Below are positions 23,880 to 37,490 of a stretch of 64,000 nt of DNA, piece after piece. The notes beneath the pieces are model-generated. The model ran no database searches, was not told the origin of the DNA, and saw only the letters and a list, made by a program, of their open reading frames with translations. The position numbers and the translations under genes are program-made. The stretch's first letter is position 1, and the number at the start of each line of letters is the position of its first letter. The stretch lies in NCBI GenBank assembly GCA_951406725.2, contig OX597838.1, forward strand, positions 41,850,001 to 41,914,000. Direction: 5' to 3'. This DNA comes from Octopus vulgaris (taxonomy: Eukaryota).

Positions 23880-26800
23880 CCTATTTTCCTGTTCTCAAGA
23901 AGCTCGCCTCCACCAAAATAATCTTTATCATCTTATGGGGATTAAGGAGCCGATGGATGAAAACATGTCCAAGCTTCAATGAATCAACAGAAACTGAAAA
24001 AAATCATAAACTGGATAAATGTTCCTATTTTAAATGTTTTTTTTTTAAAGTTTTCATGAAGACACGGCTGGGTGGTTGTTTGCCAATCACTTGGTTTCAG
24101 GTTCAGTCTTAAGGTGTGGCATCTTGGGCAAGTGTCTTCTATAGCTTGGATGTGAATTCAAAAAGGATCAAAAGGTCTTTAAGGCCAGTTTCCCCAGATT
24201 CTGAGGTGTTTTTCCCCACCTGGACAGGACACCAGTCCCTCACAGAGTAACTCATTTTTATCAACTGAATGGACTAAAGGAGCATAAAATGAAGTGTTTT
24301 GCTCAAGAACACAATGCATTGCCCTGATCAGGAATACAAGTTCAACACCTTAACTGCTCCCGTCTACTTGAGTGAATTTGATAGATGGAAACTGAAAGAA
24401 GCCCATCATATATGTGTGAGTTACATAGGCAGTGCTATTCATTTCCAATATTCTATGAAAATATGCCTGGCTGTGGGGAAATATTACCTTTGTTGGAAAC
24501 AGGTGAGGATTGATGGCAGGAAGAGCATCCAGCCACTGAAAATGTGCCTCAATAAACTCCATCCGACCCATGCAAGCATGGAAAAATGGATGTTAAAATG
24601 ACAACAATGATGATGATGATGTTCTGAAATTTAATTTCCTGCTTCAGTCTGCAGCAGTTTAATCTGGAGGTAGAATTATTCATGGAAACAGTGATTTTTT
24701 TCTGTAATTCAGGCAAGTAATCAAGAGAGAACACTTCTTTGCTTGAAGACAGTTCATCCCTGGGGTCAATTTTTGACCCTTGAGAAATGATGATTGTCAG
24801 ATACCTTACAAAGGTGAAAATAAAATTCCGTCACCTCATCATATCCTCCTTGTTTGTTTTAAAGAACCATTGTTTTCCTTTTTGTTGTGGTCCAATTTCC
24901 ATAAAACAGAGCAGTTGACATTAGAAAAGGCATCTGGTCCTAGAAGCCATGCCAAAGGTGACCTAGCTCTGTGGCTAATCAGATCCTGTCACGCTGGACC
25001 AACTTGTGCCAGCATGGAAGGCAGATGTTAAATGAAGACCAGCCACAGCAATAACTCAATTTTTGAAAGAGATAATTGTTGTTGTTGTTTGAGGTTTTAC
25101 ATCAAACTCCAGCAAGATTTCAACTCACAGGAACTTAGCGGCATTTCATCTGTCTTTTATGTTCTGAGTTCAACTTTACCTTACATCCTTTCAGGGTTGA
25201 TAAATTAAGTACCAGCTGCATACTGGGGTTAATCTAATCGACTGGCCCCCTCCTCCAAAATTTCAGGCCTTGTGCCTAGAGTAGAAAAGAATATACAGGA
25301 ACAGAATTACATAAGCTACAGCCAACGGTCTTGCTGTTCTGTGACTCCTAATTCTATTGTCCACATCATCATCATTGTTTAACATCCGCTTTCCATGCTG
25401 GCATGGGTTGGACGGTTCAACTGGGGTCTGGGAAACCAGAAGGCTGCACCAGGCCCAGTCTGATCTGGCAGTGTTTCTACGGCTGGATGCCCTTCCTAAC
25501 GCCAACCACTCCGTGAGTGTAGTGGGTGCTTTTTACGTGCCAGACGAAGCTGGCAACAGCCACGATCGGATGGTGCTTTTTACGTGCCACCAGCACGGAA
25601 GTCAGTCTGGGCGGTGCTGGCAACGGCCACATTCGGATGGTTCTCTTATGTGCCACAATTCAGTTTACTGTTGAGAAGACACGAAATGGTTAGGTATAAG
25701 CCTTGTACTATTCCAAAGAACAGCTGACAATGCCAGGATCTTACTATGAACTCTACATCAATAATCCTTAACAACAATATTTCTAATAAAGTACTTCACA
25801 CCCAATGTGTTTGAATTAAGTTGTGAAATAATCAAGAATTCTGGGGTTGGTATTGAAATAGATAATTTCAAAGTTGAATCAGGCAGATTCTTCTTGTTAG
25901 CCTGTCAGCTGTCATCACATCAAGGTGTGTTGCTGTGTGCAGAGAGTGTCTACATCTGCTCACGACTATCATTAACAAAAGCATGGTACATGATGGTCCC
26001 TGCTGGCTCACTTGTACTCTCCATTAAGTACAGCTTCACCACCTCATACTAACTCCTTGATAATTATTAGGTACCACGGTTGCTCTCCCTCCACCCACCT
26101 CACACTAAATGATTCAAAGTCACCTGAAACACCTGACACAAAACCTGATTTTACAAACTCAGTTGAATCAAACCAAAGCCACAAAATGTCAGTAAAAAAA
26201 AAACTTTCTTAGAAAAAATTGGGTTTATTTCTTCAGAAAAGTCAATCAACAGATAAAAATTTATTTAAAATACAAAATTTTTTTGATATTTTTTTTTCAT
26301 AAAAAAACAAAAAGTTCAATGTTCGTATTTTCTTTTTTAAATTATTTTTGTCTTGTTTTATGATATCCAGAAAAAAAAGAACCTTCTCCTTCCACCCGCT
26401 GACAAACATTGTCTCTTCTTCACCCAGCAACACACTCTACTGTCTGCATATAAAATCTACATCAGAAATGAAAAGGATTCTGTCTACCTTTCAGAAGCAA
26501 ATAGTTATTTCAGTCACCAAGGTGTCAGAAACATAGCTTTTAGAGAGATTCATCTTTAAATAACTTTCTCCTTAACTGACCACAGGTGTATTGTCCAGTT
26601 GAATGGAACCACTAATTGCTGCACCAAGAGGAGTTTGCAATAAACGGATGTCACTAAAGTTTGCCATTGTAGAACTTCCAGGAAGAAATATTCAAATGGA
26701 TGGGGTTGTTTGCAGGGGTAAAGCTGCAGCCAGTGGGGGGGAGGCCTACACATCAGGTTAGTTTGTTCAGTTAATTTAAATATAACAGCAATAATAGTTT

Positions 26801-27135
26801 CAAATTTTGGTACAAGGCCAGCAATTTTAGGGGGAAGTCGATTAGATCGACCCCAGTATTCAACTGGTACCTTATTTTATTGACCTGAAAAGGACAAAAG
26901 GCAAGGGTGATCTTGTTAGAATGCAAAGAAGAACCTGGAAAAAATCCTGCTAAACATTTTGTCGAACTCCCAATTCTGCCAGTTTGGCACCAAAATGACA
27001 CCCAATTATGGATCCCTTTGGGTTAAACAATTTCTCTCAAAATAAAATACTTGATGAGGGGTAAAAATAAATAAAACTGTCATCTGTCTTTTCACAGACA
27101 ATGTGTGTGTGTTGTATATGTATATACATATCAAT

Positions 27136-27167
<32 letters not shown>

Positions 27168-30100
27168 TATTTAGCAAACCAAATATTGTTCTTTTGCTTC
27201 AGAGCTTTAAAAAGAAATGAAGTAAAAAGTGCACCAAATAATTTTGTTAATCCTGTCCCTTGCCCTTTTTTTTGGCCCCTTCTTTTAATATTTCATTTAG
27301 TTTATTATAACCAGTGGCCTTTCTCTAGGGTGGCCAGTTTCCTATTCTGGTTTGAAGAGGGAGAATCAGATGGAATGTCCGTTTCATTTATCCACTGAGT
27401 TTGGATCCCTCTTCACATCCCTCTTCACCTGGTGCCTTGTGTTGTCCAGTCATCAGCTTCCTTTAACAATTAATACCTGTTGAACCTACTCAGCAACATT
27501 ACATGAGGCAGGCATTATTATTATTATTATTATACGTCACAACCAAGATGCTCTTCTCACTATTGAAATAAAGGACAAAGGTCAAACAAAAATCCATACA
27601 AAATTGCTTTTAAAAATCATTTAGTATCCTAATAGTGGTGGTGGGGGGGTATTAACGAAATTTTGTGACCAGAGCTCTGTATCAATGAACTGATTTATTG
27701 GTTGATTTTTTTGATCTCCAAAAATTTGTTTTATTATTGACAACAGCAATAGAAAATATGGTTTCCTAGGAAACGACAATTCTCAACTCATCTTCCACAA
27801 TAATCTAACATTATCTTTGACATGTTTCAGTCATAGGACTGTGCCCATGCTGGAGCACTGCTTTGAACAGTTTTTAGTTAAACAAGTCAACTCCAGTACT
27901 TTTCTTTTTTAAAATCTGGCACATATTCAATTGGTCTCTTTTACTGAACTGCTAAGTTATGGGAGGACATAAACACACCAGTTGTCAAGCAGTAGTGGGG
28001 ACAGGCACACAAGCACATGCATGTATATTTATACAATGGGCTTCTTTTCAGTTTCCATCTACCAATTCCACTCACAAGGCTTTAGTTGGTCCATGGTTAT
28101 AGTGGGAGACACTACCCCAAGGTGCCAGGCAGTGGGACTGAACCCAGAACCATGTGGCTGCGATGCAAGCTTCTTAACCACACAGCCATAAAAATGTGAA
28201 GACCAATTTTTTTAAAAAATTTATTAAGTGTTGTCCGATTAAGGAACGTCTCCAATGTTGTGTCTGTTATGGCATTATGTAATAACAAAACAGACGGTTT
28301 TAAATGAAACTATGATTTAAGGGTTATCACAACAATGTCAGCAACAAAACCTTGATTTGCTAGAAATAGCAGCCAAATCTTCCTCAAATCAAACCCCACA
28401 AATAAAACTTTTACCTATCTTTTCACAGAAACTTTGTATATGTTGTGGATTCTGCCGCTGGCTTCAATGCACGAAGGCCTAACAACCAATATTACAGACA
28501 ACCCACACAAAGGATTTATTTTCAGTGGTGAAGGAGAGCCACACTTTTTTAAAATGTTTATAGAAGAAAGTTGATGCAAATGTTTTCTACAGATCCAATC
28601 AACAACAGGCATCGGGCTTTTTTATGAAGAGTTTCTCAACCTCCTGAATTATTTGCGCTTGCCATGGCCAAGAGTCCAACCCAACTTCATAGCCTAAATG
28701 TGCACCTGGGCACCAAACCTGGCATTTTTTTTTTGTCCCTACACACACCCACATATATACATAGCAGAGCATCAACACAGTGGTGCTAAGAGATCCCATA
28801 ACATCTCAAATATTTCTAACAAAATATGTTTTAATTCATATAAATCTAAATGAAAACAAAATGAAATTAATCTGATTAAAATTCAAGAAACGATGAATGT
28901 TAATTACTGCTTTGTGGAGAAAACCATTGATAGTTCCAGTATTAAAAGTCTCTAAAGGCAATAATTATACAATCCACCCATGACCATCCCTGGCTCTGGG
29001 TCCAAACTTGTTAAGTCATGTTCCAAATACCAAAATTAATAATGACTAAGTTATCGAAGTTCTTCATTATTTTCAATATTGACTAAAATAAAAAGGCCGA
29101 GTATTTTAAAAGAAGTACGGTAAGAACCCAGTGAAAGACAAGAGCTGAGTCGAATCAGGGGACCAAAATGGGAAACTGGGGGGAAACTGTGAAATTAATG
29201 TTGCTAAGTTGTAGCAGGATGCACCGAAACAAAGACAACGGTCAGACATACAAGTTCCATAATGACCGTGTGAGATGGACATGGTCAAGTGAATCAACTG
29301 CCATGTATGACTGGTCCAGAGTCTACCAACACCAGAGAAATGAAAGATAGAACTTTTGTTTTCTAAGTTAGTCAAGAGAAATGGGTGGGGGACAGACAGC
29401 TGACTCCAACAGTATTTCAGCTCATCCATGTAGAGTAGCAGTTCCCAGCACAGGGACCACCACTGTAGAAATGGAAAGTCTGTGGGTTGCAGTGCAAAAG
29501 ATATTAGTTACAATTATTATTCTGTTGCATCTTTTAATTGAGAGATGAATACAAGAAAAGAAGTTTGTTGCTTGTTAATAAAAATCGATTGGGTAGACAG
29601 CGAAAGGGTCTACCTACCTGACCTGGGGTCTGTAGGGTAACTTCATTTCAATAAAAGGAGTCCTTAATAGTGAAGAAACAGAGGGAACCACAGATATAAT
29701 GTTGTGACCACTAAATACTTCATTCCATTCACACCTGTGTTGGACAACTCGTTAACCTGACAAAACTCTTCAGAAAGATTTCTTGTAAATGCTGAAAAGT
29801 TTCATTTATAAAGGAGGAGAAAACATTGTACAAACTCTCAATGTAGTTCGAATGTGGAATATTGATGATTTGTTTTGTAATCAGAACCAATTCATTACAT
29901 TAGCTTTGGAATATTGATTATTTATGGATGTCATGGATGATGATGGTGATATATTGATTAGCTCTAAATGAGTGTGATTAATGACCTCGGAAATAAATTA
30001 CAATCAACATGAAAAAGCAAAATAACAACAAGGAGTAAAAGACATTTTGCCCGAACCAGAATGACTTGAGAATAAGAAATATGCCAACGAAAGAGTCTCC

Positions 30101-31375
30101 TGCTCCAGAGAAACAAGGACTCGTCACACCTTGGAGTCTTATCCACTGACAGACAGAAGACAACCTCCAAATCCATGAGGATTATTCCTAATTGCATGGA
30201 ACAACATGGAAATAACAGAAAGATTCTTCAGGCAGAACATTAGGTTTTGTAGACCTTCTCAGAGACACACCAAAATAAAATGGAGCAGGAGTTGGAGGAA
30301 TGGAGAAAGTGTGTAATTGATGATATCCATGAAGTGACATGTCTAACAGCACTGAAATGGTTAAGATGTCCTCTTTAAAGATCTAGAGAAGAAACCATTT
30401 GGAATCTGTAATCAGAGCGGAAACATCCAAACAAGGAGTAGTAGAAGATATATTGTGTGGGTGGTTATGTTGAGGAGAAAGTTTCCATTCTAGGTAGAGA
30501 ATCACTATGGAAACGAAAAGAGACAAATCAAAAATGCAAATGGTTGAAATTCAATATTTAAACTTAAAAGAGACTTTAGGACAAAATGGCCTTCATTACT
30601 CGAATTGAAATATTGCAGGACTGGGCTCCAGTTCAACTAGTATGTGTGTGTGCAGGCATATATATATATATTTACACACACACACTTAAGCTTGCATAGG
30701 TTGGACTAAGTTTACAGATTTTCTAATGCTGGATATGTTTTTTGTAGTCAAGCCTCACCTGTTTCTAAGCAAAGTAATATTTCCTCACAGCCAGGGTTTT
30801 GCAGAATGTTGGAAATGAATGACACTGCTTAGATAACAGTGGCACTCGTTGGCAGCCATCATGTGATGTCAAGACGAAGAGAGACACACACACACACGTT
30901 GTGTCATCATCATCATCATCATGGGTTGGATGGTTTGACAGGATCTGATGGGTCCAAGGACCACATTGTGCTCCAATGTCTGCCTTGGCAGGGCTGCTAC
31001 AGCTGGATGCCCGTCCTACTTTACAGTGTCGACTAGATGCTTTTTCTTTTCATGCCACCAGCACTAGTGAGGTGACAATGCAGTTCACAGGGGGAATTCC
31101 TATCTGATCCCAGAAACAGGTGAAGGTTGGCAACAGGAAAGGCATCAGGCCATGCCTCAGTGAACTCCTGTTCAACCCAATAATGAGGATGATGGTAAGA
31201 GACAAAGGCACAGGGCCATGGAAAGGTGTCATTGACTCAACCAACTCCAATGCGTCGTTGCTAATATTTATTTTAGCAACACTGCTGAAGTAAAAGGCTG
31301 AGTTGACCTTAGTGGGGCTTCAACATGGACAAAACTTAAAAACATGGCAGCACTCAATGATGGTTTCCAACTTTA

Positions 31376-32370
31376 CGAGTATGCCATAAAGAATTCCCAA
31401 TTATTTAAATAAGTCTGTTTTGTTAAATTTAGTTTGAAATTGCACAGAAATAATTCAAACCCGTTCCTTGGCATTCAATTGTTCGTGTATACTTCATTGT
31501 TTACCTTCGGTGTGTAGAACATTTCAATTAGGGCAGCTAACAGGAAAAATGAGATTGTAGCTCTGAAAAAATCAGGACAGAGCACCAAAGATGTGGCTTC
31601 AACGGTTGGTGTTGATCCCAGAACAGTGGATATCATGAAACGCTATTGAGCCAGGTTCAATCACCAACAAGGAAATCTTCCAGACAACCATGCGATGGCT
31701 CATGCGTGAAGACTTTAAAAAAAACATGGTGGAGGAGATACAGAGTGCTGGTGACAAATGTTTTCATTTGGCCAGATGAAAAGATATTCATGACAGGATT
31801 TTGGCCACAAGGTCGGATGCTGTTCCTGAAGGCACCTGTAAAGTGTCTTGTGCAATGAAACCCATCAGAGTGATGGTTTGGGCAGCAGTATCATCCTCAA
31901 TTTACATGAAGACATTGGAGGATGTTTTGCCATGGGTGACCAAAGCATTTGGAGATAATTACATATTCTTGCAAGATGGTGCTCCTTCTCATATGTCCAA
32001 TGTGACACAACAGTGGTGCAGGAGCCATTTCAGCAGGTTCTAGGACAAGAATGTGTTGGCCTTTCTCCAGCCCAGATCAATCCTGTGGACTTTGTTATTT
32101 GATCCATTCTAGAATGTGATGTTTCGAGAATTCCCTTCAAAAATATCACTGCACTGAAGAAGCCCTTAGTTGCATCATGGGATCGTTTCAAGTGAAGTCA
32201 TCGTCCAGCGTTCGTGTAACTATTTACAACGATTGTAAAGGCTAAAGGCGGACACTGAATGCAACTTATTGTTATATGACCATCTTTAATTAAAACCTAA
32301 AGAACTTGTGTTTTTGTGCCCTTTACTAAAAATGGACAAAAATCAATCGGGAATTCTTTACGGCGCCCCG
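31376..32370 (+). mobile_element. Internally deleted DD37D/maT-like Tc1-mariner element
   Basis: TIR cgagtatgccataaagaattccc / gggaattctttacggcgccccg; motifs WPDEKIF, VMVWAAVS, IFLQDGAPSH, SSPD.NPVDF. Confidence 0.78.
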
Positions 32371-33445
32371 TCTAGTACGAGACCAGATCGCTGATCTAAG
32401 TGGCCCCAGTATTTAATATTGAGTCGACTGGAGAGAGACCAAAGCTGAAGACAACACAGTAAGTTTGAGCATAAAGGGACATAACCCAAAAGCATAGAGT
32501 ACAGTCTCTGGCACCCGATTATCTCCCCTCTTTATTTCGCACATGGCCAGCAGTTTTTGAGAGGAGGGGAAAGTCTATAACATTGACTCCAGTGTTCACC
32601 CCGAGAGGAGGGGAGGAAAAATCAATTCACAAAATGCCACAAACAATTCTGCTAATACTGATAATGATGGTAATTGTTTTGCAATTATCATGTTTTGTGG
32701 GGGGAGCTGGATAGTCAGGTCAATTTCATGATCACCCCCTCCCCCCCCCGATGGGATGAGAAGCAGAACCAAACCCAGTGGTATCCATCTATGCCAATCC
32801 ACTACCGCTACAAATGATGATGATGATTCCTACAGAGACAACACAAAACTTAAGATTCCATGGAGAGAGAGAGTAGATGGGAGTGTGTGATGTTCATCCA
32901 TTCCCAGAAAGGATCCAGCAGTGGTTGTAAGTGAAATGAAAAAAAAAGGCTCCAATTTGGAATCAAAATAAAAGTTGAGGACTTTCAGTTTTTACTGGGA
33001 ACATTATAAATAATAACATTATTCAAGTAATGGAGTTAAGAAGTAATAAACTCGTTAGCGAGAAGGCTTCGTCTACGAGTCAGGTAGGAATCTCTGTTGA
33101 AGACAATTCACTTATACTCATGATGCTAATACTCTGAAGAAACGTCATGTACTCCTCCTCCTCACTTCCTTGGCAATGCCAATAATAACAATAATAATTA
33201 AAATAAAATAATTATCCATTAAAATGATAATAATAATAACGACAATGATTTCTTGCACAGACACAATGCCAGAAATTTGTGATTGCAAAGAGGGAATGGT
33301 TGATATTGAACCCTTCCGCCCCATCATCACTATCATCATCATTATAATAACAATAATAATAATAGTAGTAGTAGTAGTAGTTCCAGAATGGTGGAAACAA
33401 AAATGAGATTAGTTGTTGGTGTTAGCAGTATGATGGGTCAGTTGG

Positions 33446-33845
33446 TCATTCCAACACCTCAATCTTCAGCTGTGGATAGTGACCAGATGTTGATGATACA
33501 GACGATGGCATCTGCATACGTTTCCACTCCAGTTTGGCACGGAGATCACTGCCAGTATTGAAGAATGGTCGAGTGTCAGCATTAATGGAATCGTCTGACC
33601 CCTCTTCCTCCTCCTGCTCTTCCTCATCGTCGTCGTCATCATCACTTCTCACAGCTACATGGCCCCTCTGATACTTACTCATGCCAACATTGTCGGATCT
33701 GGATAAAAGCTGTCGAGCATCTTTCACTGGTTTACTGCTGCCTGACAAACTACCTACCCAGGGCTGTATGCCATGACCACCACTGCCAATCCTGTGCGAT
33801 AACGAGCCACCTCCAATCCTATGTGACACTCTAGAATGACCAGAC
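33446..33845 (-). CDS. NCBP3: NCBP3 terminal coding exon (SGHSRVSHRIG...YPQLKIEVLE*)
   Basis: cttacag acceptor; same frame as track ORF 33446..33829; SHRIG x2, DARQLL and DLRAKL motifs; C-terminal PxLxIEV. Confidence 0.9.
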
Positions 33846-35184
33846 CTGTAAGATAAAGAAGACGTTTAATTAGAATTATTTGTTCGTTAGTCATTGTCGT
33901 GTTTTTTAACAGCGTTCGTTTTTCCATGCTAGCATAGAGTAATGTAGTTGGGGGGGGGGGGGGCTGTGCTGTAACAGCATTTCGCTGCATCCCCCATTTG
34001 TTGGTGATTCCCTACTATTCCTGGCGGATTGCACCTTTACGCCAACCTCCAACCCATGGGTCTGTTTTGAGGCAGTCATTGCTGGTGAGAGGGTTTTACG
34101 AGGTCAGAGTGTAAATCCTACCTCAACCTCTTTTTATTGCCTTTTATGACAGACAGGGGAAACGTTGGATCTATTCTTTGACATGCCAGTCCCCCCCACC
34201 CCACACACACACCACTAAAGCAAAGTGAAATGAAGAGTTTGCTCAAGAACCCAACCCTCCATCCAGACTGGGAACCAAACCCACGAGTGCAGCATGCTTG
34301 CAAAAATCTGAGAGAATGTGACAGAGGCAGATTTTCTCTGATTGAATGACCTTTCATTAACTCTTAATTGGAAGAAAAGCCACTAAACAGTTTGTCCAAC
34401 ATGCTTAATGAGTTGGTCAAATCACCTTAAAAATAATAATAATAATAAGTTTCAAATTTTGGCACAAAGCTAGCAATACTGAGAAGAGGGGGCGAAAAAG
34501 CAATTGCATTGACCCCTAGTACTTGATTCGTACTTTAACTCAAAAAGGAGGACCTGGGCAGAATTTGACCTCAGAATGGAACGAGCCCAAAGAAATGCCA
34601 GAAAGCATTTTGTCCAACATACAATTCTGCCAGCACACCACCACCACCACCTTCCCTGTCAGCAACCCTCATCTGTTTCCAAGGAATATTTCCCTGTGAC
34701 CAGACATGTTGGAAACAAAGGGCACCGTTTGTATGACAGTGACACTCGTTTACGACTTTCACCCAATGTCAAAGCAAGGAGACAGGATCACACACACACA
34801 CACACACACACACACATGGGGATACAGGGATGTGTGTGTATACATGGTTCCAATGTACAGAAAACAAAAGACAGAGAGAGGGAACAAGGAGCATATGATT
34901 TGACATTCAGGTAAACTGGAAAGGTCTCTTCCGTTTCAAGCCTGCACCCTTCAACAGAAAGGGATCAGGGGACAGACAATGGAGAGATAAAGAAATGGGT
35001 CAGGATTACAGGGGTTTCTTTCAGTTTTCACTCCTTACCAAATCCACTTAACAAGGCTTTGTTTGACCTGGGGTTACATTAGAAGAGACTTGCCCATGAT
35101 GCCACAAAGAGGAACTGAACCCAAAACCATGTGGTTCAGGGAGCAAACCCCTTAACCGCTCACCCAACAACGGATTCCTCTCAC

Positions 35185-35286
35185 CTTTTCGCTTTTAACT
35201 CAGCTTCAACATCATCTGCATACATCCTCATCATGCGATGTTTTGCTGGTGGTGGTGCTGCTGCTGTTGTCGCTGCTGCTTCTGTC

Positions 35287-35318
<32 letters not shown>

Positions 35319-35365
35319 CTGTTCAGAAGATTCTAAGTCATCATCAAGGTGTCTGCTCGACCAAT
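35185..35365 (-). CDS. NCBP3: NCBP3 exon 11 (DWSSRHLDDDLESSEQ-polyAla-PPPAKHRMMRMYADDVEAELKAK)
   Basis: ctctgcag acceptor, gtgaga donor; conserved MxMYAD motif; 181 nt; phase 1 to 2. Confidence 0.9.
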
Positions 35366-35914
35366 CTGCAGAGAAGAAAAAGAAACAAACTTCAATTTCT
35401 GATAAGAATAAAATTAAAAAAACACATTTTACAGTGTTGTCATAGCAACAAGAAAATAAGAAAACTGCAACCATAATGTAGACACACAGACATGGCAGTG
35501 CAGTTAAACAGCTTGCTTTCCAACCACACGGTTTGAGGTTCAAGTCCCACTTCAGGGTCCCTTAGTGTTTATGTTTGTGACTCCCTGTTTTGATATCACA
35601 TGATAGTTGTAAATGAGTGCCACTGTCATACAAGCAGTGTCGTTTAATTCCCATATTCTGCAAAAACCTGTCTGGCCATGAGAAGATATTACTTTGCTAG
35701 GAAACAGGTGAGCACTGGCAACAGCAGGGACACCTGGTGGCCATTAGAAAATCCGTTCCAATAGACATCCTCACCATCTTTTTATGCCCATGTTCCAGGC
35801 TGGCAAAGATTGGATGAAAGAAAGAGATTTAGGGATATTGTAAGGAAGGCCAAAACAACAACAACAACAACACGGACGAGGAATCCATAAAACCACATCA
35901 GAAATAGATATTAC

Positions 35915-36012
35915 CAGACACTTCCACTTGATCAGATGTCGTTAGAGTATCCAGATTGTCTTTTATGTTTTCACTGGAAATCTCGTCCTTCACTGAGCGG
36001 ATTCGCCGTTTG
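35915..36012 (-). CDS. NCBP3: NCBP3 exon 10 (KRRIRSVKDEISSENIKDNLDTLTTSDQVEVS)
   Basis: ttttgtag acceptor, gtaata donor; 98 nt; phase 2 to 1. Confidence 0.82.
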
Positions 36013-36056
36013 CTACAAAATCAAAGAAAAATGAGAAATTAGATACTTGTTTCACA

Positions 36057-36091
<35 letters not shown>

Positions 36092-37490
36092 GTTTGTTGA
36101 TTTGTTTTGTTTTGTTTTTTTGTATAAGTTCCTCTCTCTCTCCCTTGTCAACTTTGTTGTGTGTGTGTGTTTATTATATCAAAAGCTGACCACTTACTCC
36201 GAGTTTCACCCTTGGCTGGGCTGTTCACAGCTGTGAGGTAGAGAAAGGGTCTTGTAGATTTATAAGATTAGATGGATGCTGGATGCATTTGAACTGTTTG
36301 TAACAGGTACAGCTGTATGGTTAAGGAGTTCCCTTGGCAGAGAAAGGGATGGGTTTCAATCCTACTCTGCAGCAGTATTTTTTTCACAATCTTATTAACT
36401 CCCATCAGCCAAAGTTGACACTTTGGGGAAATTGTTCTGAAGCCTATTGAATTATAGCAGTGTTTGGATAACAGAATTAACCGGTCACCCAGTTCGATAA
36501 AACCATCACTTCTTGACCCTTGGATGTGTTTAGGAGGCCAGGGTTTCCTGCCTGAACAGAACTCATATCTTGAAGTGCCACGTTTTATCACAGAAATCCA
36601 TCAGATGGGATTTCTTCTCCACCAACCCCTTCAAGCATGGTAGGAATGCACAATGTGCTCCCTAAGGATATCAAGAAAAAACAGAAGGGTGTGAAACAAC
36701 TACACAACAGAAGAAACCAACAAGAGAGTTTCTACTTGGTCACTTGGTTTGCTAGAAATGGCAACCAAATTTCCTTTCTATTGCAAGCATCTTAAAAAAA
36801 GGCGATACATATTAGATAATTTAGTATGTAGTAAATCTAGAATGACTAAATAGAAAAAGGACAGGATGGTCATGGTGGGAATACTTTTGTAAAATCATCC
36901 TCTGCTCAGGGCTAAACAATAACAACAACAATAGCAACTGATTATTTCTCTCTGCCAACACACTGTTGCAAGATAGGGGCTGACCCCATTGCTAGACAGA
37001 AGTTGACCCTATTCTGGATTCACCCATCCTTCTGACAGGTCTTGTTTGTCATGCTGAAAGTCTTGCAACTCTGTTCCCTAGTGGTGGCCATGCAGGTTTA
37101 GAGTTGTCAACACTTGACTCCATAACAAATTGGACTGCACTACAGCCTGTTGCAGGATGGAACCCACAACAACAGTCACACAGACACAAACACACAATCA
37201 CTTGGGCAAGTACACTCCTGAGAGACAACCTATGAACCTGGGCATTAAGCTATTCCTGTCCTCGGAACACTCAAGTGCTAACCACCTGTCTTGCTTCCCA
37301 CACCAGAATCATGGTCAACCCAAAATCCAACAGAACAAGCAGCAATGGATGACAGGTTTCCAATAATTCTGATGGACGATTGTCACTCAAACTGTTTCTT
37401 TTTGCCAATTACTCTGGGACTCTTTGTGTGCAAAAGTAATGTACAGCAGCTTCTCTGGGTTGAAAACTAACGAACATCAATACAAAAGCA

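Noticed and set aside
29100-30530. Possible LINE endonuclease or RT relics
   Set aside because: Only isolated 3-4 residue resemblances; too decayed to support a call.
33090-33150. ctgttgaag... and ctgaagaaacgtc as a hammerhead downstream of the NCBP3 stop
   Set aside because: No stem II or stem I pairing; it is also antisense to the gene.
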